Assembly: GCA_051889855.1 (NCBI GenBank)
Contig: JBJFDE010000047.1
Coordinates: forward strand, 1-35,660
DNA from: Candidatus Cryptobacteroides sp.
GTDB taxonomy: Bacteria; Bacteroidota; Bacteroidia; Bacteroidales; UBA932
Length of the DNA: 35,660 nucleotides
Reading direction: 5' to 3'
The notes beneath the pieces were generated by a model. The model was not told the DNA's origin. It was given only the letters and a program-made list of their open reading frames with translations, and made no database searches. This document shows positions 26,820 through 35,660 of the stretch, in pieces. Each line of letters starts with the position of its first letter. The stretch's first letter is position 1. The position numbers and the translations under genes are program-made.

Positions 26820-28358
26820 ATGACAATCATTTACGGAGCAAAATGCATCGGCATCGAAGCCGTCCCTGTAACGGTGGAAATTGACATCACAAGCGGAATA
26901 GGAATCCACCTTGTCGGTCTGGCTGACGTGGCTGTGAAAGAGAGCCTTCTTAGGACTATCACGGCACTTCAGTCCATGGCATTCAGAATTCCGGGAAGAA
27001 AAATCGTAATAAATCTGGCTCCTGCGGATATGCATAAGAAAGGCAGCGGATACGATGTGCCCATTGCATTGGGTATCATTTCAGCATCCAGTCAGCGGCA
27101 TCTTCCTCTTTTGGACAAGTACCTTGTAATGGGAGAGTTGGGCCTTGACGGATCGGTAAGGGAGATTCCAGGAGCTATTCCGACGGTGGAACTCGCCGCC
27201 AAGGCCGGATTCAAAGGATGTATCCTGCCAAGGACATCTTCACTGGAAGCCGTTGATTTCCAAAATATTGAAGTATATGGAGTGGACAATCTCGCCCAGG
27301 TGCTCGACATTCTGTCGGGGGAAGTTCCATGCACAGAATTGCTGGTTGAGAATCTTCCCAAAGAATCCGGAGACCGGTGTTCACGAACAAATCTTGAGAG
27401 TATTCCTGACTTTTCAGAAATAATCGGCCAGGACTGTGCAAAAAGAGGTGCGGAAATTGCCGCTGCAGGTGGGCACAATATCATTCTCATAGGGCCTCCA
27501 GGCTCTGGAAAGAGTTCACTGGCAAAAGCTATGGCTGGAATCCTGCCTCCCATGAGTCTTGAAGAATCAATCCAGACAAGCAAGATTTATTCGGTTTCAG
27601 GCAGGGGCAATCTGAGCGGAGGACTGATCAAGTCCCGGCCATTCAGGGCACCTCATTATAGCGCTTCAATTGCAGCATTGATTGGCGGAGGCTCAGGCAG
27701 CATCCTCCCTGGTGAAATATCCCTGGCCCACAATGGAATCTTGTTCCTTGATGAATTCTGTGAAGCTCCAAAGAGGACGTTGGAGGTGCTCAGGGGACCG
27801 ATGGAAGACAGGAAAGTCGTGATTTCACGGTTGAAATCCAAGATAGAATTTCCTTCCGACTTCATGCTTGTAGCCGCTGCAAATCCTTGTCCTTGCGGAT
27901 ATTACGGAGAGGGTGAGCGATGCACCTGCACGCCTGCCCAAAGATTGTCCTATCTTTCGAGGCTTTCAGGCCCCATCATGGACAGGATAGACCTGCAAAT
28001 ATGGATGCATCCCATCAATCCGAAATTGCTTGTGGAGAGAAGAGAGTCAGAACCGAGCGAGGCAGTTGCCAGAAGAGTCCTCAGGGCAAGGGAAATTCAG
28101 AAAGAACGATTCTGTGGTACTTCTGTGTTCTGCAATGCGGCAATGGACAACAGGATGACAGATGCGTTCTGCAAGCTTGACAAGGCTTGCAGCAGTCTGC
28201 TTGAGAAAATCATAGAAAGACTGGGCTTGTCGGCAAGGGCATGTTCCCGGATTCTGAAACTTTCCCGCACAATAGCTGATTTGGAAGGATCTGAGGATAT
28301 TAAGCCTGGGCACATCGCAGAAGCGGCAGGATACCGTTTCCTGGACCGCCAGATGTAA
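26820..28358 (+). CDS. comM: ComM/YifB family Mg-chelatase-like AAA+ ATPase
   Basis: VGLADVAVKES, INLAPAD, GELGLDG, Walker A GPPGSGKS, RPFRAPH, LFLDE, NPCPCGY, LSAR and RTIADL. Confidence 0.93.
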   Translation: MTIIYGAKCIGIEAVPVTVEIDITSGIGIHLVGLADVAVKESLLRTITALQSMAFRIPGRKIVINLAPADMHKKGSGYDVPIALGIISASSQRHLPLLDKYLVMGELGLDGSVREIPGAIPTVELAAKAGFKGCILPRTSSLEAVDFQNIEVYGVDNLAQVLDILSGEVPCTELLVENLPKESGDRCSRTNLESIPDFSEIIGQDCAKRGAEIAAAGGHNIILIGPPGSGKSSLAKAMAGILPPMSLEESIQTSKIYSVSGRGNLSGGLIKSRPFRAPHYSASIAALIGGGSGSILPGEISLAHNGILFLDEFCEAPKRTLEVLRGPMEDRKVVISRLKSKIEFPSDFMLVAAANPCPCGYYGEGERCTCTPAQRLSYLSRLSGPIMDRIDLQIWMHPINPKLLVERRESEPSEAVARRVLRAREIQKERFCGTSVFCNAAMDNRMTDAFCKLDKACSSLLEKIIERLGLSARACSRILKLSRTIADLEGSEDIKPGHIAEAAGYRFLDRQM

Positions 28359-28430
28359 ATGAGATAAGCTTTTGTGCTGCCCCATTGTTATTTTTTGTAT
28401 TTTTGCGGGTACATGTGCAAAATCGAACAG

Positions 28431-28862
28431 ATGAAACAGGAAATAACAATCAGGAACCTGGAAGATATTGACAGAGCTGCTGCAGAGTTCCTGTCAAAGA
28501 TTGGAAACAACCGTCTGGTGGCCTTCTATGCTTCCATGGGGGCAGGCAAGACGACGTTCACCACAGCTCTTTGCCGGCAGCTGGGTGTGACGGATCCCGT
28601 CGGCTCGCCGACTTTCGCCATCATCAACGAATATATGAAGGCGGACGGAGAACCGATGTACCATTTTGATTTTTACCGCATCAACAAACTCTCAGAGGCC
28701 ATGGACATCGGGCTGGAAGACTATCTCTACAGCGGATATCTGTGCATAATGGAATGGCCGGAGAATGTTGAGGACCTTCTCCCGGAAGAAACTCTCAGGG
28801 TGAGTATCTGCGTGAACGACGACGGCTCCAGGACACTCTCATGGGAGAGCCCCGAATGTTGA
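28431..28862 (+). CDS. tsaE: tRNA threonylcarbamoyladenosine biosynthesis ATPase
   Basis: MGAGKTT, SPTFAIINEY, YHFDFYR and EWPE. TATTTTTG -7 element at 28398-28405. Confidence 0.95.
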   Translation: MKQEITIRNLEDIDRAAAEFLSKIGNNRLVAFYASMGAGKTTFTTALCRQLGVTDPVGSPTFAIINEYMKADGEPMYHFDFYRINKLSEAMDIGLEDYLYSGYLCIMEWPENVEDLLPEETLRVSICVNDDGSRTLSWESPEC

Positions 28863-30062
28863 TACAGAAGAGATGAACCCATTGATTTTCAATGTCTGCT
28901 GATCTCCTTCTCTCCATATTGCAGGGAATTCCCCCATTGTGGAGGACAGTCCGATTGTCAGGATTCCGTCCACAAGGGTTGCCGGATTTTTCCCGATCGT
29001 GACATATCCTGCGGGCAAGGACGAGATTTCTCCATCCTTGCTGATGATGCCGCCTCCGGTTCCGGAATTGAGTATGCAGCAAAGATTTCCTTCAATCAAG
29101 CCACAGAAAGATGGGGTAAAACCTTCCGGGAAAGCCTGATGGACGATGCCATCCTTCCAGATAACCGTCGTTACCGAGCCTCCTGTCCGTATAACTGCCT
29201 CAACATAAATACAATCCATCGATGGAATCAATCTTGCGGAAAGCACTGAAGATCCGGATGGGATATTGAGAGCAGTAAGTTGCTCCCCATTGACAAGCAG
29301 CAGTCCTTCAATCCCTCTGACTCCTGCAATATATACAGCTGCATCTCCATGTGGGGCCACATCCCACACTTTCCTGATATCGTCCCTCATGGCAACTTGT
29401 TTCACAATCGTGTCATTTACAAGATAGTGCCTCTCCAGGGAAGAATACTGGGATGAGACAGACTCACAGAAACAGAATGAAAGCTTGCCTTGTTCATCAA
29501 TGTACAAACGCTCGTATGCGCGTGCATATTTCCTTGAAAGGAGGGTCTGGCCATTCTTTCTGAAGCTGAAACCACTGCCAGTCCTGGAATTGCCCAAAGT
29601 ATAGATGTCAGTCCCGTCCATCGTCAGGGCACAAATGTCCTCCCTCCCGCTGAAACGGAACGATTCAACACCATCCTGCTTTACAATCGTCTGTGTATCA
29701 GTCGAGTATTCAGTAAAAAGATGACCCCGGACCATCATGTGCATGTCGGCATCCGAACTGACATTGTATTTATCCCCTACCGCAAGTTTCATTTTCGCCT
29801 TTCCGTCAGCATATACCACAAGGGAGCACTTCACCTGACCGGCCTCGGGATCCGATTTCCAATTATAACCGGGAGGATATTCCAATGTAGTCATATAGCA
29901 AACTGGCTTGGTTCCGGGGATGCTTCCGGTTCCTCCCTGGGAGGGGTTGATCCATACCCCGTTTGAATCATCCTCGGGAGCACCCACCTCGACGATTCCG
30001 CAAGATAAGACCATAAACAAGGTGTGGAGGATGAGGCATATTGATGTATTTCTGATTTCCAT
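28839..30062 (-). CDS. Hypothetical lipoprotein with repeated beta-hairpin units (possible beta-propeller)
   Basis: Lipobox LFMVLS-C. Recurrent hydrophobic-x-x-(D/N/E)G turns (VYADG, VKQDG, FRKNG, LLVNG, IWKDG, ISKDG, IWREG). Confidence 0.75.
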   Translation of the reverse strand: MEIRNTSICLILHTLFMVLSCGIVEVGAPEDDSNGVWINPSQGGTGSIPGTKPVCYMTTLEYPPGYNWKSDPEAGQVKCSLVVYADGKAKMKLAVGDKYNVSSDADMHMMVRGHLFTEYSTDTQTIVKQDGVESFRFSGREDICALTMDGTDIYTLGNSRTGSGFSFRKNGQTLLSRKYARAYERLYIDEQGKLSFCFCESVSSQYSSLERHYLVNDTIVKQVAMRDDIRKVWDVAPHGDAAVYIAGVRGIEGLLLVNGEQLTALNIPSGSSVLSARLIPSMDCIYVEAVIRTGGSVTTVIWKDGIVHQAFPEGFTPSFCGLIEGNLCCILNSGTGGGIISKDGEISSLPAGYVTIGKNPATLVDGILTIGLSSTMGEFPAIWREGDQQTLKINGFISSVSTFGALP

Positions 30063-30109
30063 GGCTTTTTTCCGGCAAAGAAAGCAGTATCGCGGGAGAC
30101 AGAATGATT

Positions 30110-30147
30110 AAAAAAGAAAAAGTGCAACGTTTTTCGTCACACTTTTC
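30110..30147 (-). terminator. Intrinsic terminator of the suf-ispE transcript
   Basis: Minus strand AGTGTGACG-aaaaa-CGTTGCACT (two G-U pairs) followed by TTTTCTTTTTT. Confidence 0.7.
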
Positions 30148-30179
30148 TGTTTTAATCAGTTTTGAGCAAAGACATTCTG

Positions 30180-31049
30180 CTACTTCGGATATATGCCGAA
30201 AAGGGCGGAGCCGGAGCCTGACATCGATGCATAGACTGCTCCGCTTTCATAGAGGGAATCCTTGATGGAAGCAAGCTCGGGATGCACTGCAAACACGGTT
30301 GTCTCAAAATCATTGACCAGGCAGTCCTTCCACTTGTCAACAGGCAAGGCAAGTACCTCAGAGAGAGGAATTTGAGGGATTTGAGGCTTGATTCCGCGAT
30401 AGGCCTCGGCTGTCGAAACGGCAATTCCTTCCGGCACAACCACCTTCACTGTGAACGGAAAGTCCGAAGCACCTTCCTGACCATATCCGAAACCGTCAAG
30501 GCTGTAAGGGGTGAGTATTTCTCCCCTGCCCTGACCGAGCATCGGGCGGTTATATATGAAAAAGGCGCAGTCACTTCCAAGGCGTGAGGCATAGCCGGCA
30601 AGGCCGGAGTCATCAAGGCCGAGCGAGAATAATTCATTAATCATCCTCAGGGCAAAGGCTGCATCGGAAGAGCCTCCGCCAAGGCCGGCGCCAACCGGAG
30701 AGGTCTTTTCAAGGAAAATCTTCACCGGAGGAAGGTCATAATCCTCGGCAAGGACATTGTAAGCCTTTACTGTCAAGTCTTTAAGCGGATCCCAGTCCAC
30801 ACCTTCAGCACGTGCAATGGTTATCATTACCTTGCCGTCTTCAGACACCGCCTGGGCAAGCTGAGAAGCCGGATATTTCGCAAAAAGAGCTGCGGAAGTG
30901 CGGCTGTAGTCGTCACCCGCGATGATTTCGAGAGTATCGGAAATCTCAAAATATGGTACGAACAGGGTATCCAGGTCGTGAAAACCGTCTTCTCTTTTCC
31001 GAAGGACGTTCAGACCGAGGTTTATCTTGACATTGGGATGTGTAATCAT
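30180..31049 (-). CDS. ispE: 4-diphosphocytidyl-2-C-methyl-D-erythritol kinase
   Basis: KINLGL, DGFHDL, GHMP motif PVGAGLGGGSSDAA, LGSDCAFF, NDFE and MSGSGS. Confidence 0.95.
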   Translation of the reverse strand: MITHPNVKINLGLNVLRKREDGFHDLDTLFVPYFEISDTLEIIAGDDYSRTSAALFAKYPASQLAQAVSEDGKVMITIARAEGVDWDPLKDLTVKAYNVLAEDYDLPPVKIFLEKTSPVGAGLGGGSSDAAFALRMINELFSLGLDDSGLAGYASRLGSDCAFFIYNRPMLGQGRGEILTPYSLDGFGYGQEGASDFPFTVKVVVPEGIAVSTAEAYRGIKPQIPQIPLSEVLALPVDKWKDCLVNDFETTVFAVHPELASIKDSLYESGAVYASMSGSGSALFGIYPK

Positions 31050-31060
31050 AGGCCCGGAAA

Positions 31061-31738
31061 TTAAACTACAAGCGTTCTCAAGGAAGATTCCACTTCAGAG
31101 GCAATCTTCTCCCTGAGTTCCACATCATGGACATGCTCAAGCACAGGTGAGACGAATGAAATCATCTGGAGCACCTTGGCATCCTCGAGGGAAATTCCTC
31201 TGGAGCGCATGTAGAATTGTTCCTCTTCATTCAGTCTGCCGACCGTTGCTCCATGGGAGCATTTCACGTCATCGGCATATATTTCCAGCTGCGGCTTGGT
31301 GTCAACCTTGGCAAAGTCCGAAAGCAGGAGGTTGTGGTTCTCCTGATAGGCCTCCGTTTTCTGGGCATCCTTTGCAACTACGATTTTTCCATAAAAATCC
31401 ACGCGAGAGTTCCCTGCCGCCATTCCTTTGAAAAGCTGGCGGGAATTGCAGTGAGGCACATCATGGAACATGTCCACGGCAATCTTCACTTTCTGGCTGG
31501 AGTCACAAACATACAGGCCTGAGACATTGGCCTCGCAGCCTTCTCCGACAAGCCTGACCGAAAGAGGGATGTCGCACTCTGCTCCCGGAAGGATGACCAG
31601 AACCATATCCATACGCGAATCCCTTTCCAAAGTGATGGAGGATGGGATCTGCCCTGCATCCTTCATGTCAGGCCCCAGCACAAACACCTTTTGCAGGGTC
31701 TGGCCGCAACTGACGGTCATTTGGTTCAATTCGTTCAT
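31061..31738 (-). CDS. sufD: Fe-S assembly protein SufD, short form
   Basis: SRQLFKG, AQKTEAYQ, KPQLEIYADDVKCSHGATVG and FYMRSRGI; only 225 aa. Confidence 0.88.
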   Translation of the reverse strand: MNELNQMTVSCGQTLQKVFVLGPDMKDAGQIPSSITLERDSRMDMVLVILPGAECDIPLSVRLVGEGCEANVSGLYVCDSSQKVKIAVDMFHDVPHCNSRQLFKGMAAGNSRVDFYGKIVVAKDAQKTEAYQENHNLLLSDFAKVDTKPQLEIYADDVKCSHGATVGRLNEEEQFYMRSRGISLEDAKVLQMISFVSPVLEHVHDVELREKIASEVESSLRTLVV

Positions 31739-31747
31739 AATCAGACT

Positions 31748-32497
31748 TTAATATATGTCGTAACCTTTCTCCTCAATCTCAGCGACAAGTTCGCGTCCTG
31801 CAGTTTTGACAATCTTTCCGTCCTTGAGGACATGGACCACGTCTGGAACGATGTAGTCCAGAAGCCTCTGGTAGTGTGTGATGACGATTGCCGATTTTTC
31901 CGGGGTATGGAGGGCATTCACACCATTTGCGACTATGCGAAGTGCATCCACGTCAAGGCCGCTGTCGGTCTCGTCAAGGATTGCGAGGGTCGGGTCGAGC
32001 ATGGCCATCTGGAAAATCTCGTTGCGTTTCTTCTCTCCACCGGAAAAGCCCACGTTCACTTCCCTTTTTGCAAACTCCGGCTTCATCTGCACGAAGGCCA
32101 TCTTTTCACGCATGAGTTTAAGGAAATCTCCTGCCTTGAGGGGCTCAAGTCCCTTTCCCTGACGATGGGCATTCACTGCCGTCTTCATGAAGTTGGTGAT
32201 GGTAACTCCCGGAATTTCAACGGGATACTGAAAAGACAGGAAAATGCCTGCCCATGCCCTCTGCTCAGGTGACATGGCAAGGAGGTCCTGGCCCATGAAG
32301 GTGATACTTCCGGATGTGACTGTGAACTGAGGCTTGCCTGCAAGAACGGCCGAAAGCGTACTCTTTCCGGCTCCGTTCGGGCCCATCACTGCATGAATCT
32401 CGCCTTTGCGGATTGTGAGGTCCACGCCTTTGAGTATTTCCTTGTCCTCAACGCAGGCACGCAGACCGCGTATTTCCAATAATATGTCGTTTGCCAT
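31748..32497 (-). CDS. sufC: Fe-S assembly ATPase SufC
   Basis: [39 protein letters not shown] and ITHY. ATG at 32497. Confidence 0.97.
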   Translation of the reverse strand: MANDILLEIRGLRACVEDKEILKGVDLTIRKGEIHAVMGPNGAGKSTLSAVLAGKPQFTVTSGSITFMGQDLLAMSPEQRAWAGIFLSFQYPVEIPGVTITNFMKTAVNAHRQGKGLEPLKAGDFLKLMREKMAFVQMKPEFAKREVNVGFSGGEKKRNEIFQMAMLDPTLAILDETDSGLDVDALRIVANGVNALHTPEKSAIVITHYQRLLDYIVPDVVHVLKDGKIVKTAGRELVAEIEEKGYDIY

Positions 32498-32499
32498 AA

Positions 32500-33129
32500 T
32501 CAAGCGTTTTTTCTATAAAGTTTATACCATGTGAAGAGTGACCATATTCCATTGATCAGGTACAGTGAACATACAATCGGCATGAATACATGGCCGACTG
32601 AGATGTGGAGGATTAGCTGGGTGATGTTGACCAGCAGCCAGGCAATCCAGCAGTCCCATTTCTTGATGGCCGAAAGGAACTGGGCCACAAGGATGAGCAC
32701 CGTCACGCATGCATCCAGATACGGCACCGGGTCAGGAGTGAACAGGCCGAGCATCCAGCCCCATACTGCCGCGATTCCGAAAACCGAAAGGATGGCGAAG
32801 ATTCTCTGAGGCCAGCTGAGCATGCTGACTTTCAAAGACTTATGGTCTTCCACACTCTCTTCTTCCCTCTTCGGATGGGTCCAGCGATAGTGGCCGAGGA
32901 TATTGATGGCCAGGGATATCGGCTGAAGGAACAGGCTCGCATAGAGGTGCTTGTTCCAAAACATCAGGAAGAGGAAGAATGTATATATATAACCTATGTA
33001 GAAGTTATATTTGCTGTTGCGTCCTGCAAGGAAGACACAGGTGAGGCCGAAGATTGACGTCAGCAGGTCAATCAGCAGGACTGGGGTGTCGCCTCCTATT
33101 GTGAATAATGTGTAGTTTAAAAATTCCAT
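32500..33129 (-). CDS. pnuC: PnuC family vitamin transporter
   Basis: About seven TM helices, GHYRW, PYLDA, AQFL and WxxWxxxN motif (WIAWLLVN). Confidence 0.85.
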   Translation of the reverse strand: MEFLNYTLFTIGGDTPVLLIDLLTSIFGLTCVFLAGRNSKYNFYIGYIYTFFLFLMFWNKHLYASLFLQPISLAINILGHYRWTHPKREEESVEDHKSLKVSMLSWPQRIFAILSVFGIAAVWGWMLGLFTPDPVPYLDACVTVLILVAQFLSAIKKWDCWIAWLLVNITQLILHISVGHVFMPIVCSLYLINGIWSLFTWYKLYRKNA

Positions 33130-33135
33130 ATTTTC

Positions 33136-33229
33136 AGATCCCTCGACTTCGCTCGGGATGACAATTTATATACTTACAATAAGCTCGAAATGACAATTTA
33201 TATACTTAAATAAGCTCGGTATGACATTT
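33136..33229. repeat. REP-like palindromic unit followed by a 31-32-bp tandem repeat
   Basis: AGATCCCTCGACTTCGCTCGGGATGACA (33136-33163). Units GCTCGnnATGACAATTTATATACTTA(C)AATAA at 33151 and 33183, with a partial copy at 33214. Confidence 0.85.
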
Positions 33230-33249
33230 CCAAGGTTTTTCAGCAGGTA

Positions 33250-34686
<1,437 letters not shown>

Positions 34687-34721
34687 AAATCCTGACTCAA
34701 GTTTCGCCCGGCGAAACCATT

Positions 34722-34753
34722 AAAAATGATAACCTGCAAAGATAATCATTCTT
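34722..34753 (-). promoter_or_regulatory. suf operon -7 promoter element overlapped by a Fur/PerR-like box
   Basis: TATCTTTG on minus at 34737-34744. TGCAAAGATAATCATTCTT (34735-34753) matches the classic Fur box at 13/19. Confidence 0.5.
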
Positions 34754-34888
34754 TTGCAATTGCGAAACTCAAGCCAGATGCAGATATTCATATGCAAGAA
34801 AATGTACTATGAGAGTCGTTTTATCTGCTGAAAAATGTAACAACAAGTATGGAAAGGATTGTGTTTCAAAAACTTATCGAATGGATAC

Positions 34889-34915
34889 AAAAATTCCTGC
34901 TCAATTTGAGCAGGA
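34889..34915 (-). terminator. Intrinsic terminator after the Fic gene
   Basis: TCCTGCTCA-att-TGAGCAGGA stem, followed on minus by ATTTTT. Confidence 0.7.
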
Positions 34916-34928
34916 TGATATTCTTAAA

Positions 34929-35660
34929 TTAACTTTTGAGTTCTTTATATGCAGTCAGACCTTCCACTGTTAGTAAGTATCTCTGTCGGGGATGACGAGG
35001 AGAGTCGGGATAGAGCATTCTGACATAGCCTTCATTCATGGCAGGGGAGAGGGAGTATTCAAGAAAGTTAGGCCTATCTTTGAGTCCCATACCTACAAGC
35101 ATCTCCTTTACTGATAACTGATTCTCCCCAATGACTTCAATAAGTTTCTTGATGTTTTCATTGAGCGGAATCAAGCTTGTTGGGGTACTTGTTGGGGTAC
35201 TTGTTGGGGTTACCCCCTCAAGTAAATCTTTTGCCTTAATGTGAAGATAACGGTTCATGAGAACATTGTCTTCTCCCATCAGGAGATTACGGAAGAAACT
35301 CTCAAGATGAATAGTCTCTTTGTATATGCCTTTCTGCAGGTTCTGATAGTTGGCACGAACAAGTGCATTGCGGAAATACCATGAATTCTTCTCAAATGTG
35401 GTGTTATTCACATTGAATCCAAGTGAACGAAGGTATTTGATGATGAATACAGCTGTTGTTCTTGTGTTTCCCTCACAGAATGGATGAATCTGCCATATGT
35501 CTGCTGTGAATTGAGCAATATGCTTCACAATCTCCGACATGTCTAGACCAGCATAATTGAATTCACGCTCTTTCTGTATATCTTGTGATATGGCATCTTT
35601 GAGTTCAAATGGATAGCCGTAGCTGACAGTGTCACCATCCAAAACCCATTCGTTTTTTGT
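34929..35660 (-). CDS. Fic family protein with C-terminal HTH-like domain (5' end outside the window)
   Basis: Fic motif HPFCEGNTRTT. The frame stays open to the window edge (TKNEWVLDG...). C-terminal LSVKEML..PDSPRHPRQRYLLT. Confidence 0.88.
   Translation of the reverse strand, partial: TKNEWVLDGDTVSYGYPFELKDAISQDIQKEREFNYAGLDMSEIVKHIAQFTADIWQIHPFCEGNTRTTAVFIIKYLRSLGFNVNNTTFEKNSWYFRNALVRANYQNLQKGIYKETIHLESFFRNLLMGEDNVLMNRYLHIKAKDLLEGVTPTSTPTSTPTSLIPLNENIKKLIEVIGENQLSVKEMLVGMGLKDRPNFLEYSLSPAMNEGYVRMLYPDSPRHPRQRYLLTVEGLTAYKELKS
35176..35210 (-). repeat. 12-bp in-frame tandem repeat encoding TPTS x3
   Basis: CTTGTTGGGGTA at 35176 and 35188, plus an 11/12 copy at 35200. Confidence 0.9.

Noticed and set aside
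33151-33229. Possible mini CRISPR array
   Set aside because: The intervening segments are nearly identical rather than unique spacers, the period is only about 32 bp, and no cas genes are present.
34855-34876. GTGTTTCAAAAAC as a possible IS terminal repeat
   Set aside because: No partner repeat, target duplication or transposase is visible in the window.

Overview
A gene-dense, mostly housekeeping chromosomal segment from a Bacteroidales-type anaerobe. The taxonomic call rests on recurrent TAnnTTTG (-7) promoter elements, AT-rich starts without Shine-Dalgarno sites, and typical Bacteroidota gene families. Left to right it holds pyrH, a lone frdC/sdhC, aminopeptidase P, hemW, two membrane hypotheticals, a Cys-rich DUF3109-like gene, a motif-less M16 peptidase homologue, a TPR protein, a U32/RlhA-like gene, a lipoprotein, mdh, a PPTase, nrdD-nrdG, an SDR with a Zn-ribbon tail, an EnvC-like gene, a second TPR protein, an ECF sigma/anti-sigma pair, mlaF/mlaE, comM, tsaE, a second lipoprotein, a sufB-pnuC-sufC-sufD-ispE operon, and a partial AT-rich Fic gene at the right edge. 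I see no CRISPR array, tRNA/rRNA, transposase or integrase. The best candidate for something undescribed is a ~200-nt, multi-stem, end-paired element (about 14870-15080) transcribed from its own promoter ahead of the PPTase gene. Other notable points are a PnuC vitamin transporter embedded in the Suf operon beside a REP-like tandem repeat, an orphan frdC, and a trans-envelope anti-sigma factor with a repeat-encoded linker. All family calls come from motif recognition by eye; no database searches were run.
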